DNA from: Candidatus Eiseniibacteriota bacterium
GTDB taxonomy: Bacteria > Eisenbacteria > RBG-16-71-46
Assembly: GCA_031364845.1 (NCBI GenBank)
Contig: JANLWX010000007.1
Location: forward strand, 64,001-128,000
DNA: 64,000 nt
Direction of reading: 5' to 3'
This document shows positions 9,609-19,841 of this stretch, piece after piece (the stretch's first letter is position 1; each line of letters starts with the position of its first letter). Below the pieces are notes generated by a model. The model did not search any database and was not told the origin of the DNA. It saw only the letters and a program-made list of their open reading frames with translations. Made by a program: the position numbers and the translations under genes.

Positions 9609-10554
9609 GGGCGAACTCGCGCTCTTGAGTGAAGTGGTTCTGGATGCGCTGGCGCCACACTTCGAAGGCCGGAGCGTCGCCTTCGCTCTCGAGATTCTGG
9701 CGCGCGCGCTCGGTGATCGCGGCGGCCTCGGGAGCGGTCATTCCGCACAGGATCTCGCACGCGAGGTCTGTGCCGGGCGCGGGATTCCCCGCGCGCACGC
9801 GGGCCTGCGCGGCGAACGCCGCACCCTGCGCGACTTCGGGGAGAAATGTGCCGCACGCCGCACGCAGTGCCGTCAATCCGGTGCGATCGATGCCCCCCGC
9901 GTATGTGGCGGCGAGGCCCGCGCCCGCCCACAGATCGCTGCGGCGCGCGGGATCGAAGCGCGCGATCGTGCGCGCGATGCGCGAGGGCTCGGCGCCTTCG
10001 ACGAACCACAGACTGCGTCCGAGGCCCTGATCGAACACACGCTGCGCATGGGCGCTCAACTGCTCCGGTCGCCGCTGTTCCGTGATGGTTCGCGGCCAAT
10101 GGAAGTATCCGTCGTGGAAGCCGAGGCCGTCGATCACGAGCCAGCGCAGCACCGGATCGTCCTCGTTTTTCATGAAGCGGGCGACGTTGCCGCCGAGCCG
10201 CGCCGCGGCCCAGCCGGCACCGATGTACACCATGTAGGCGTGGGGCGCGCCCGGGCCTTTGAGCAGCGCGCGCCACTGGCTGTCCCGCCACGGCATTACG
10301 GTGTCGAGCAGCGCGAGGCCCATCGCGGCACCTTCCCAGGCGAAGCCCGCCATCTCGCGCTCCACCCCCGCGAGGCGCTCGGGCAGCCGGTCGGCGCGCG
10401 TGACATCGAGGGCGGCGTGGTATCCGTCGACGAAGGTTCCGCCGATGGCTTCGAGGCGCTGGCGGACCGCGGGCGCGGCCCCGCGAAAACCGCGGCGCTC
10501 GAAGCGAGTCTCAGCGGCGGAAATGCCGAACACGAGCCTGCGAAGCGCGCGCAC
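9601..10554 (-). CDS. unbL: DUF1702 / enediyne cassette protein E3 (UnbL)
   Basis: Motifs GFAWEGAAMGL, YIGAGWA, WLVIDGLGFHDGYF, FDQGLGRSLWF, DLWAGAGLAATYAGG. GTG at 10554 with GGAGG 9 nt upstream; 8-nt overlap with pksE. Confidence 0.9.
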   Translation of the reverse strand: MRALRRLVFGISAAETRFERRGFRGAAPAVRQRLEAIGGTFVDGYHAALDVTRADRLPERLAGVEREMAGFAWEGAAMGLALLDTVMPWRDSQWRALLKGPGAPHAYMVYIGAGWAAARLGGNVARFMKNEDDPVLRWLVIDGLGFHDGYFHWPRTITEQRRPEQLSAHAQRVFDQGLGRSLWFVEGAEPSRIARTIARFDPARRSDLWAGAGLAATYAGGIDRTGLTALRAACGTFLPEVAQGAAFAAQARVRAGNPAPGTDLACEILCGMTAPEAAAITERARQNLESEGDAPAFEVWRQRIQNHFTQEREFAHA

Positions 10555-10826
10555 GAGGGAACGCCTCCATGATCGAACGTGCCCGGTGAGTGTGTCCCGC
10601 GCGTGATTCAAGACAGACGGCGGCGGTGTTTGGGGTCGAAGCGGCTGGCGGCCCAGGCACGAGTGTGCTTCGCACGAAGTTTCCGCCCCCATGCGCATGA
10701 ATGTCAAGGATTTCCACGTTTCAAGCCGCCCCCGGTTGGCGTAAGCTGTCGCTGCCTCGCCTAGCATGAACCGGGCGGACCTGTAGCCCGGTCCGGGCCT
10801 GGGGCTCGCCGCGCTCCGGAGCAACC

Positions 10827-12790
10827 ATGAACGCATTCGTCCTGCGCACGATCGTGATGGCCGTGATGCTCGCCGCGGGATCGTTCTGGATCCGGCACAA
10901 CGACCGGCCGGTCGTGGAAGCGGGCGTTCGGTTCGAGGAGATCTCCGAGCGCGCCGGCTGCCGCAACGTGCACACGAAAGTCGAGCTGTCGCCACGTTTC
11001 GCGAACATCATGCCGTGGCTGGCTTCGGTCGGCGCGGCCGTTACCGCGGCGGACTACGATGGCGACGGTTGGATCGACCTCTACCTCACGAACTCCGGCC
11101 GCGGCGACGCCAATCGGCTGTTCCGCAATCGCGGCGACGGGACCTTCGAAGAGCGCGCGGCCCAGAGCGGTGTGGCGTGCGGCAACGCCGAAGGCGCGTG
11201 CATGCACGCGGTGTTCGGCGACATCGACAACGATGGCGATCCGGACCTCTACGTCGCCAAGTGGGCCGCCGAGAACCAGCTGTTCGAAAACCAGGGCGAC
11301 GGAACGTTTCGCGACGTGACCGCGCGCGCCGGAGTCGGGCACTGGGGCTACGCGAACTCGGCGACGTTCGTCGACTTCGATCGCGACGGGCGGCTGGATC
11401 TGCTGGTCGGCAACTATTTCGCAGAGCAGGTCATCGATCCGCGCACCGGTGCGCTCGCGCGCTCCGATCTGTGGAATCCGGTTTCGAGCCGCGTGATGCA
11501 CTCGACGTTCACGCACGCCGACAACGGCGGCCGCACGCTGCTCTATCGCAACCGCGGCGACGGCACGTTCGAGGACGTTGCGGAAGCGTCGGGACTCGAG
11601 TTCCGCGGATGGACGCTCGCGGTCGGAGCGGCCGATCTCGACAACGACGGCTGGCCCGACCTCTATCTCGCGAACGACTTCGGCCCCGACGAGCTGTACT
11701 TCAGCACCGGCAGCACGGAGCAGCCGCCGCGCTTCCGGCGTGTCATCGACACTTCCGGCCATCCGGGGATCGGCGACGACTGGTGAAGGGCATGAACGTC
11801 GACTTCGGCGATGTCGATGGCAACGGCTATCTCGACATCTACGTCACCAACATCTTCGAGCGGCGCTACAAGAGTGACGAAGGCAACATGCTGTGGCTCA
11901 ACTTCGCGCGACCGGGAACGGCAGGGGAGCGGCGGTTCGTGAACGTCGGGCTCGAGAGCGACGTCTACGACGGCGGCTGGGGCTGGGGTGCCAAGTTCCT
12001 CGACGCGAACGACGACGGGCTGCTCGACATCCTGGCACTCAACGGCTTCGTCAAAGGCGATCCCGACCACACCTACTGGTATGCGCTGCAGGAGATGGTG
12101 ACGCAGATGAAGAACAACTCGGCCGATGCCGCGGACTGGCCGGCGATGGGGCCGCGCGATCTGTCGGGCGGCCAGTCGAGTCGGCTATTTCTACAACAGG
12201 CGAAGGCCGCGCGGCCTTCCGGCCGGCGCCCGCCTGGTGATGGCGGTCCGCGCTTCGCCGAGCTGGCGACTTCGGCGGGCATCGACGATCGCGAGAACGG
12301 CCGCGGCGTCGCGGTGCTCGACTTCGACAACGACGGGGCACTCGACCTGTGCATCGCGAACCAGGGTGGACCGTCGCTGCTTTATCGCAACCGGCTTCAG
12401 CGCACCGCGACCGGTCCGCACTGGATCGGCCTTGCGCTGCAAGGTCGCCCGGATCTCAAGGGCTCGCTCGGCGCGGGTGCGCAGGTCAGCACCGCCGGAG
12501 CGATCGGCGCGCGCGCGGTGCTCGTGAGCGGCGATCGCACGCAGACGCTCGAAGTCTCAGGCGGCACCGGCTTCGCATCGCAAAGCGATCCGCGCCTTCA
12601 CTTCGGCATCGGCGAGCGCACTCGCGCCGACCTGCTGACCGTGCGCTGGCCGAGCGGACGCGTGCAGACCTTCTCGGGCGCCGAGCTCGACGCATGCCTC
12701 GGCGGCTACGCGCGGCTTGTCGAAGGCGGGGCACTCGAGCCGCGCGCCGGATCGCCGGCGGGCACCGCGGTGGCGAGCGTGACCCGATGA
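10827..12790 (+). pseudogene. unbV: ASPIC/UnbV (E4, CRTAC1-like FG-GAP repeat) protein interrupted by a 1-nt frameshift at ~11784-11787 (true lesion or assembly error)
   Basis: The N-half (10827..11786) has DxDxDG repeats and ends GIGDDW*. The C-half continues in another frame as KGMNVDFGDVDGNG...GWGWG...AIGARA...GGTGFASQSDPRLHFGIG...VRWPSG (ASPIC/UnbV domain). Adding one base gives a single 654-aa ORF. Confidence 0.85.
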
Positions 12791-13806
12791 GCACGCCGCC
12801 ACGTTCACGCAGCCGCTCGGGCTTCGTATGGACGGTGCTCGCGATCGTGGGAGTCGCGGCGATCGCCGTCGTCGCCGTGCGGCGCGGCGGACTGCTCGAC
12901 CTTCCCAAAGTTCCCGACGGCGTGACCGCGGAGTCCGCGGGCCTCGCAAATCTCGATCAACTCCGGCAGCGGGCCGCGGAACTGGAAGCCGCGCAACGTG
13001 GCGACTCCGACGCAGCGCTGGTGGCGGCGAGCACCGGGCTCAAGGCGGTGGCCGATGGTGAGGTTGGCCCCGGGCTCGATTCACTACGCCACGCGCTGCG
13101 CCTCGCTCCCGACGACCTCGTGCTCGGCAATGCATATCGAATGGCAGTGCTGAAGCTGCGCCGCGCGGCGATGAAGGACGCAGCCGCACGCGCGGCGCTG
13201 GCCGGGCGTCTGCCGCCGGCGATCGAGCACGAGCCGATCGCATTTCTGGAGACGCTGCGGCGCGAGCATCCGAGCCGCGAGGTCACGCTGCAGCTCGCAC
13301 TCGCATGGGTCGACGAGTTGATGCTGTTCGGAGCGCTCGAGATCAAGGCACCGGCGAGTGTCGAGTCGGTGACGCTTTTGAGCGGCATCCTCGAGCAGGA
13401 GCCGTCGTACGTTCCCGCCCTGTTCGGGCGCGGGCTCAACTATCTGCACCGGCCTTCGCGGCTGGTGTGGCCGGAGTCAAAGAAGATGGCGCCCGACGCT
13501 GCGAGCCGCGACATCGGGATGTGCGTGGCGATCGGCCGCAAGATCGGCGGCGGTTCGCCGCAACTGGTCGGCACGCTCGCGCTCACACTCGGCGACGCCT
13601 ACGCCCGCGAAGGGCGCTTCGAGAACGCGCGCTCGTGGTGGCAGATCGCGCAGAACAGCGGAGGCGGAGCCGAACTCGGAGCCGCGGCGCGCCGGCGCTT
13701 CACGTGGGGCGATCGCGACGTGCCGGACCGCCTCGAGCAGGAGCTGGAGACGCGCATGTCGGACCTCGACCATCCGCTTTCGGATCTGGCGGTGATATGG
13801 CAGTGA
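12787..13806 (+). CDS. Membrane-anchored TPR-like protein of unknown function
   Basis: ATGA overlap with unbV; N-terminal TM segment (FVWTVLAIVGVAAIAVVAV); TPR-like helices such as ALRLAPDD and LGDAYAREGRFENARSWWQ. Confidence 0.75.
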   Translation: MSTPPRSRSRSGFVWTVLAIVGVAAIAVVAVRRGGLLDLPKVPDGVTAESAGLANLDQLRQRAAELEAAQRGDSDAALVAASTGLKAVADGEVGPGLDSLRHALRLAPDDLVLGNAYRMAVLKLRRAAMKDAAARAALAGRLPPAIEHEPIAFLETLRREHPSREVTLQLALAWVDELMLFGALEIKAPASVESVTLLSGILEQEPSYVPALFGRGLNYLHRPSRLVWPESKKMAPDAASRDIGMCVAIGRKIGGGSPQLVGTLALTLGDAYAREGRFENARSWWQIAQNSGGGAELGAAARRRFTWGDRDVPDRLEQELETRMSDLDHPLSDLAVIWQ

Positions 13807-14720
13807 GCGCGGCGACTTCCACGGCGGCGCCGGTGCGCGTCGTCATCCCGACGCTCAAGGATCCGCGCGTGATGATCGCGTTGGCACTCACGGTGTGGAC
13901 CACGTTCGGGCAGACGTTCCTCTATTTCGACCGCGATCTGAGCCAGATCGCCGTGGCATTGGTCGCCGGGTGCGTGCTCGACATGCTGTTCGCGTTCGTC
14001 CTGCTGCGCCAGGTTCTGGTTCCGATCAGCGCCTACATCACCGGACTCTCGATCGCGATCCTGCTCGAGAGCTACGACTGGCGTGTGTTCGCGATCGCCT
14101 CGGCGTGGGGGATCGCGTCCAAGTATCTGCTGCGCGCGGGCGACCGGCACTTCTTCAACCCGTCCAACTTCGGCATCGTCGCGGCATTGGTACTGATGCA
14201 GGGCGTCGCGACCGTGGCACCCGGATCGCAGTGGGGAGGGGATTACCGCGTCGCGTTCCTGATCCTCGCGCTCGGCATGATGATGATGCGCCGCTTGAAG
14301 CGGCTCGACCTCGCGTTCGCTTGGCTCGGCGGCTACGTGGTGATGAGTCTTCTGCGCGTGGCGCTCGGGCAGGGCGGGCTGATCTTCGCGCTCGGTCCTT
14401 TGACCGGTGCCGAGTTCGCGCTGTTCACGTTCTCGATGCTGCCCGATCCCAAGACCAGCCCGCCGACTTCGCGCGGGCGCATCGCGTGGGGCCTGACGAT
14501 CGCGGTGATCGACGGCGTCCTGCGCCTGCTCGAGGTGCGCTACTCGATGTTCTACGCGCTGTTCGCGATGTGCGCGTTGCTGCCGGCGTTCCACGCGGTG
14601 GCGGCGGCGCGCGGCGTGCGCGAATCCGATCCGTGGCGCACGGTGGTCGCGGTGTGGGGGCGCCCGCGCGGTGGACCTGCGGCGGACACTGCTCGACGCG
14701 ACGTGCGCCGGCCCGACTAG
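13797..14720 (+). CDS. unbU: Enediyne cassette protein E5 (UnbU; RnfD/NqrB-like membrane protein)
   Basis: Motifs KDPR, SAYITGLSIAILL, ASKYLLR...HFFNPSNFGI, FTFSMLPDPKTSP; polytopic membrane protein; start at ATG 13797 or GTG 13803. Confidence 0.85.
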   Translation: MAVSAATSTAAPVRVVIPTLKDPRVMIALALTVWTTFGQTFLYFDRDLSQIAVALVAGCVLDMLFAFVLLRQVLVPISAYITGLSIAILLESYDWRVFAIASAWGIASKYLLRAGDRHFFNPSNFGIVAALVLMQGVATVAPGSQWGGDYRVAFLILALGMMMMRRLKRLDLAFAWLGGYVVMSLLRVALGQGGLIFALGPLTGAEFALFTFSMLPDPKTSPPTSRGRIAWGLTIAVIDGVLRLLEVRYSMFYALFAMCALLPAFHAVAAARGVRESDPWRTVVAVWGRPRGGPAADTARRDVRRPD

Positions 14721-16795
14721 AGCACCACCACCCGCCGGCTCACGATCGTTCCGCCCTGGCGCGCCACCAAGAAGTAGACGCCTCCGCCGAGACCACGACC
14801 GTCCAGTCGCACCTCGACACTACCGTGGGCCGCGGGACTGTTCCACAACCGGCGCACCCTGCGTCCGGCGACGTCCATGAGTTCGAGTGAGGCGGGGCCG
14901 CGGCCGGGCCACACAGCCGCGACCATCGCGAAGTCGCGCACCGGGTGCCGCGAGAGTTGAATCCGAGGTCCGAACCCGATCGAGCCCGGATCCACCGCCG
15001 CGGTTTCGAGAGGCTCGATCACCACGCGCGTTCCGGTGCGATGGATGCGCGCCGCGGGCACGGTGAGCAGGCCGAGCGAATCGGGGGCCAGCACTCCCGC
15101 CTGGATGATGGCACCGTCGCTCGCGAGCTCGACGCGATACGCATAGACGCTGCCCGGCGTCACGATGAAGCGCTGCAGACGGCGTGGAGTGATGTCGGCC
15201 GTGCAGGACTCCGGCGCGGCAAACGTATTCCAGCGCGTGGCGAGACTGCGCAGCGAGAGCGTGACCTGCCATTTCGTGGGCTGGTCCACGATCGTCGTGT
15301 CCCACTCGACGAATCCGTTGATCGTCCCGACGCTGTCTCCCGAGGCCGGGTCCCCGTCGCCGGGATCGTGGTCGGCACTGCAGCGCGAGAGTGCGGGGAA
15401 GCTTCGGTCGCGGCGGAAGCGGTAGAGGTAGCGCGCGTCCTCCATCGGACTCCAGGCACCTGGAGCGCCGCCGTGCGGCCGGTTGTCCCAGAAGAAGTAG
15501 CCGCCCTGCCGGTGCGTCTGCATTGCGGCGAACCACGGCGGCTTTTCGTTCCACCCGACGACGATGTCCTGGCGGCCGCTGAACATCACCATCGGTGCCA
15601 CGCCGCGCGCCGCATTGAGTGCCGCGAGATGGCGCGCATTCAAGCGATCGTAGACGGGCATTCCTTCGTCGGTCGGAAGGTTGGTGGCCGCGACATCGCC
15701 CCACATGCGGTTGAACGCTGCGCGCGGAAACCCGGACGGATCGGGCACGAACGACAGGTCGGCCCGGGGCACGGTGCCCCACACCGCGGCGACGCGCTCG
15801 GGGTCGTGTGCTGCGAGGAACACACCGAAGGACGCGCCCATCGATCCGCCCGACGTGTAGATCCGCTGCGCATCCACGGGCAGGTTGGCGAGCGCCCAGT
15901 CGAGCGTGAACAGCACGCGGGCGTGGGTGACGCCGCGCACGATTCCGGTGGTGGGCGGAAGGTTGATCGCGAGCACGTCGTAATCCTCGTGGTAGCCGTA
16001 GAACGAGGTCGCGACGTCGCCGTTCGAGACGTAGTCGTCGACGGCGCCGCGCCATTCGCCGGCTTGCCCGGTCGAGCCGAGGCCGTTGAGGAAGTTACCG
16101 CCGCGGCCGTGGCCACGGAACAGAAGTCCGTTGGCGGGGGCCGCTCCGCCGCGCACCACGGCATGATCGTACGGCCAGCTCGCGCGGTTCGACATCGCGG
16201 GGAAGAGCGCCGTGGCGACGTCAGTGGTCCACAGCGTGTAGACCTCGAATGTGAACGGTGGCTGGATCAGCGTGCGCTGATAGACCGGGCGTGGTCGAGC
16301 CATCGTTTCGGGCACCGGGATCGCCAGCGCGTTCGTGCCTGGCAGGAGCGAGGTGTCTTCGCTGCCCGCGCCGAGTTGCGCGGTGACCGCGTAATAGCGT
16401 GTGCCGGTGGCAAGGGGAGTGGCGACGAACAGACCGCGCACCGGCGTGAGCGGGGCGGCCGCCGAGTCGATGGAGAACGCGGAGACCACGTTGCGCAATC
16501 CCGACAGCCGCCGGTCGCACCATGTTGAATCGCCGACCGCACCGAGCAACGTGGCCCCCGCGAGGTCCCCGGCGTCATCGAGCGGCAGGTTCGACGCGTA
16601 GGCGCGGTAGGTCCAGCCGACGCCGGCCGGCGAGGTCCACGTCAGGAAGGTCTGGCCGTGGCGATGGGCGGCCGCGAGGCTCGACACCCGAGTGGCGTGG
16701 CCTGGAGTCGCGAGGATAGCGGTCGTTGCCAGGGTGATCGCGGCGATCGCGGCGCGCGATGTGGCGAGGCGGGTGCGCCGGGCAGCGGCTTCCAT
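14717..16795 (-). CDS. Secreted alpha/beta-hydrolase-fold protein with C-terminal FlgD/T9SS-type sorting domain
   Basis: Signal peptide; GGSMG nucleophile elbow with candidate Asp (GRQD) and His (PHGG); C-terminus LELMDVAGRRVRRL...GVYFL...RRVVVL. ATG 16795 with GGAGG. Confidence 0.75.
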   Translation of the reverse strand: MEAAARRTRLATSRAAIAAITLATTAILATPGHATRVSSLAAAHRHGQTFLTWTSPAGVGWTYRAYASNLPLDDAGDLAGATLLGAVGDSTWCDRRLSGLRNVVSAFSIDSAAAPLTPVRGLFVATPLATGTRYYAVTAQLGAGSEDTSLLPGTNALAIPVPETMARPRPVYQRTLIQPPFTFEVYTLWTTDVATALFPAMSNRASWPYDHAVVRGGAAPANGLLFRGHGRGGNFLNGLGSTGQAGEWRGAVDDYVSNGDVATSFYGYHEDYDVLAINLPPTTGIVRGVTHARVLFTLDWALANLPVDAQRIYTSGGSMGASFGVFLAAHDPERVAAVWGTVPRADLSFVPDPSGFPRAAFNRMWGDVAATNLPTDEGMPVYDRLNARHLAALNAARGVAPMVMFSGRQDIVVGWNEKPPWFAAMQTHRQGGYFFWDNRPHGGAPGAWSPMEDARYLYRFRRDRSFPALSRCSADHDPGDGDPASGDSVGTINGFVEWDTTIVDQPTKWQVTLSLRSLATRWNTFAAPESCTADITPRRLQRFIVTPGSVYAYRVELASDGAIIQAGVLAPDSLGLLTVPAARIHRTGTRVVIEPLETAAVDPGSIGFGPRIQLSRHPVRDFAMVAAVWPGRGPASLELMDVAGRRVRRLWNSPAAHGSVEVRLDGRGLGGGVYFLVARQGGTIVSRRVVVL

Positions 16796-17031
16796 GAGAC
16801 CTCCATCGCGCGGTGGATGTTGCCGGACCGTCTCGATCATCGCAGGGCCGGCACACCCCGGGCAACGGAAAGCTGGGGAGTTCTCGCCCCGCGCGCCCCG
16901 GCGCTGATACACTTGCGGCTGGCGGATGCGCATCCCAATCGGACACCTGAGGGTACGCGTCCGCCCCCGATCGTGTCGGCGCCTCCCGCATCCCGGCCCC
17001 GCACCCACTTCAAGGATGTTGGAGGCCATCG

Positions 17032-19785
17032 ATGTCATTTCGCACGCCCGCGCGCCGTGAAGCGTTTCGCATCGTCCGTTTCCTGTTCGCGCTGATCGCC
17101 GCGCTGTCTTTCAGCGCGCATCTGGCGGCCGCGGAGCCGTACCTGTTTCCGAAGACTCCGGACGGCGGACCCGAGATTCGCGATGCCCTGGATGTCGCGC
17201 CCTATCTCGCGTCATGGAAGGCGGCGGGTCTCTCGCGCAGCCGCTCGCTCGCGACTCCGGCGACCGCGAATCAGGAGGCTTACGATGTCCGCTACTACGA
17301 TCTCGACCTGGTGATGACACCCGCAGGGCCTCAGGTTGCGGGCACGGTGCGTATGAAGGCGACGGTGGTGAGCGGTCCGCTCACGAGCGCGGACCTCGAT
17401 CTGGCGCAGAATATGGTTGTGGACGCCGCAACTTCCAATGGTGCTGCGACGACATCCTCACGTCCGCCCGACCTGGTGACCGTGGATCTCGACCGCCCCT
17501 ACCTCACCGGCGAGACGTTCGACATCACGGTGACCTATCACGGCAACCCCGTGAGTGGCTCGTTCGGCATTCAGACGGTCAACGGCCGCACACTCATCTG
17601 GAGTCTCTCGGAACCGTTCGGCGCGCGCGACTGGTGGCCGTGCAAGGACGCGTCCGAGGACAAGGCGGACTCGCTCGACGCGCGGTTCACCGTTCCGACC
17701 GGGCTCATCACCGCATCGAACGGAGCGCGGATCTCGGCCACCGACAACGGCACGATTGCGGTTTCGCGCTGGCGCGAGCGCTATCCGATCGCCACGTACC
17801 TCGTTTCGATCGCGAGCTATCCCTACACGACCTCGACCGACTGGTACCGGCCGACGCCGGCCGACTCGATGCCGATTCAGTTCTTCAACTTCCCCGAGTC
17901 GGTGGGAGCCGCGGCCTCATCGCAGGCCAAGGTCAAGAACATGATCGCGGCGTTTGCGGCGCGCTTCGGTGAATACCCGTTCCTCGCCGAGAAATACGGA
18001 CACGCGGAGTTCACGTTCGGCGGCGGCATGGAGCATCAGACCTACACCAGCCTCGGCACCTACAACGAATCGGTGGTCGCTCACGAACTGGGTCATCAAT
18101 GGTTCGGCGACCGTGTGACGTGCCGCGACTTCCATCACATCTGGCTCAACGAAGGGTTCGCGACGTACACCGAGGCGCTGTGGTCGGAGGCCAACGGGGG
18201 AACGGCGGCCTACTTCGCCGACATCAACATCAACAAGTTCTATGGAGCCGGCACGATCTACGTGCCCGATCTCTTCGATGTGGACCGGATCTTCGATTCG
18301 AATCTCAGCTACAACAAGGGTTCGTGGGTGCTCCACATGCTGCGGCATGTCCTGGGCGATGCGACGTTCTTCGCGGCACTCCAGCAGTACGCGATCCAGT
18401 ACGGGTACTCGACCGCAGTGACCGAAGACTTCCGCGACGTGTGCGAAGCCGTCTCGGGCCGCGATCTCGACGCGTTCTTCCAGCAATGGATCTACGGCGA
18501 GTACTACCCCGCCTACCGCTCCGCGTGGACCTCGGTCGCGGCCGGCGGCGGCTTTGACGTCACGCTCACGCTCGACCAGACCCAGACATGGGGTCTGTTC
18601 ACGATGCCGGTCGACGTGAAGATCACCACGTCCACGGGCGCGGTCACGTTCGTGGTGCCCGACTCGCTGGCATCGCAGACTTTCACGCTGCACGTCGCCG
18701 ATCCGCCGAGCGACGTCGCGATCGATCCGGACGGCTGGATCTTGAAGACCGTGCAATCACCGGTCGTCAATCCGACGTTCACGAAGTCGATCCTGCTCGT
18801 GAACGGCGTCGACTGGGACACCTACGGCACCGAGATCCGCAGTTCGTACACGAGCAAGGCGTTCTGGGGGAACTACACGATCGACTTCTGGGATCACTTC
18901 CAGGAACCCGCGATCGGCTATCCCACGACGCTGCCCGATCCGATCGGCCATGGCCCGGTTCCGCCTTCGGTGCTTGGCAACTATCGGTGCGTGATCTGGG
19001 CCGGCAACAACTTCAACGGCGATCTCGCGTCCTGGTACGACACCCCGATCCTGTCGTACCTCCAGCACGGTGGAAACGTGCTGCTGATGTCACGCATGGG
19101 CGATCAGTTCCTCGGCGATTCGCTGCGCAACTACCTCGGCATCAACTTCGTTCCGGGTTCGCAGCTGTTCGATTGCATCGCCACGCGTCCGGGGCTCACG
19201 AACCTCACGCTGAACGGCACCCAGAGCTTCAACGCCTTGTTCGACACCGTGCGCACCCGCAGCGACACGCAGCTCCTCTACACCGCCAACGCGAACTACA
19301 CGCCCGATCGCGGTATCGGCGTGGTGCGCGAACCGGTCGGAGGCGCGGGCCGGCGCCCCAAGGGCGGCCGCATGATCTTCCTGTCCGGCCGGCCGTATCG
19401 CTGGGCGAACACCGCGCTGCGCAACAACGTCACCACGATGATCGGGAAATACTTCTCGGAGCCGATCGGCGGGGTCGCGGTGGAAGACGAAGCACCGCGC
19501 GCCTTCGGCTCGGTCGAACTCTCGGCGGCCGTGCCCAATCCGTTCGGCGCTTCGACGACACTGCGTCTCGCGCTGCCGCGCGCGGGAACCGCGCGACTCG
19601 AAGTGTTCGACACCGGCGGGCGCCGCGTGCGGAGCCTGTTCGCCGGCCGGCTCGCTGCGGGCGCTCACGAGTTCACGTGGGACGGCCGGGATGATCTCGG
19701 GCATCCGAGCGGTGTGGGGATCTACTGGGCGCTCGTGAACTCGGAACAGGGGACGGCGGCGCGGAAGCTGATCCGGATTCGGTGA
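17032..19785 (+). CDS. Secreted M1-family aminopeptidase with C-terminal FlgD/T9SS-type domain
   Basis: GGMEH, HELGHQW...NEGFATY and YNKG motifs; C-terminal PNPF...VFDTGGRRVRSL...WDGRDD...GIYW. Confidence 0.92.
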   Translation: MSFRTPARREAFRIVRFLFALIAALSFSAHLAAAEPYLFPKTPDGGPEIRDALDVAPYLASWKAAGLSRSRSLATPATANQEAYDVRYYDLDLVMTPAGPQVAGTVRMKATVVSGPLTSADLDLAQNMVVDAATSNGAATTSSRPPDLVTVDLDRPYLTGETFDITVTYHGNPVSGSFGIQTVNGRTLIWSLSEPFGARDWWPCKDASEDKADSLDARFTVPTGLITASNGARISATDNGTIAVSRWRERYPIATYLVSIASYPYTTSTDWYRPTPADSMPIQFFNFPESVGAAASSQAKVKNMIAAFAARFGEYPFLAEKYGHAEFTFGGGMEHQTYTSLGTYNESVVAHELGHQWFGDRVTCRDFHHIWLNEGFATYTEALWSEANGGTAAYFADININKFYGAGTIYVPDLFDVDRIFDSNLSYNKGSWVLHMLRHVLGDATFFAALQQYAIQYGYSTAVTEDFRDVCEAVSGRDLDAFFQQWIYGEYYPAYRSAWTSVAAGGGFDVTLTLDQTQTWGLFTMPVDVKITTSTGAVTFVVPDSLASQTFTLHVADPPSDVAIDPDGWILKTVQSPVVNPTFTKSILLVNGVDWDTYGTEIRSSYTSKAFWGNYTIDFWDHFQEPAIGYPTTLPDPIGHGPVPPSVLGNYRCVIWAGNNFNGDLASWYDTPILSYLQHGGNVLLMSRMGDQFLGDSLRNYLGINFVPGSQLFDCIATRPGLTNLTLNGTQSFNALFDTVRTRSDTQLLYTANANYTPDRGIGVVREPVGGAGRRPKGGRMIFLSGRPYRWANTALRNNVTTMIGKYFSEPIGGVAVEDEAPRAFGSVELSAAVPNPFGASTTLRLALPRAGTARLEVFDTGGRRVRSLFAGRLAAGAHEFTWDGRDDLGHPSGVGIYWALVNSEQGTAARKLIRIR

Positions 19786-19841
19786 ACAGGGTGCCGCGAA
19801 TGTCGGATTTTGCTCCAACAGGCAGGAACGTGGTTCACATT

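Noticed and set aside
10555..10995. N-terminal extensions given by the ORF track for unbL (also for 12349, 13305, 17038, 22862, 26794, 31465, 35982, 41724, 47009, 58185)
   Set aside because: They overlap neighbouring genes or promoters; better starts with an RBS or coupled overlap exist downstream.
11784..11786. TGA in unbV as a third selenocysteine codon
   Set aside because: Read-through meets another TGA two codons later, and the homologous sequence continues in a different frame. It is a frameshift, not recoding.
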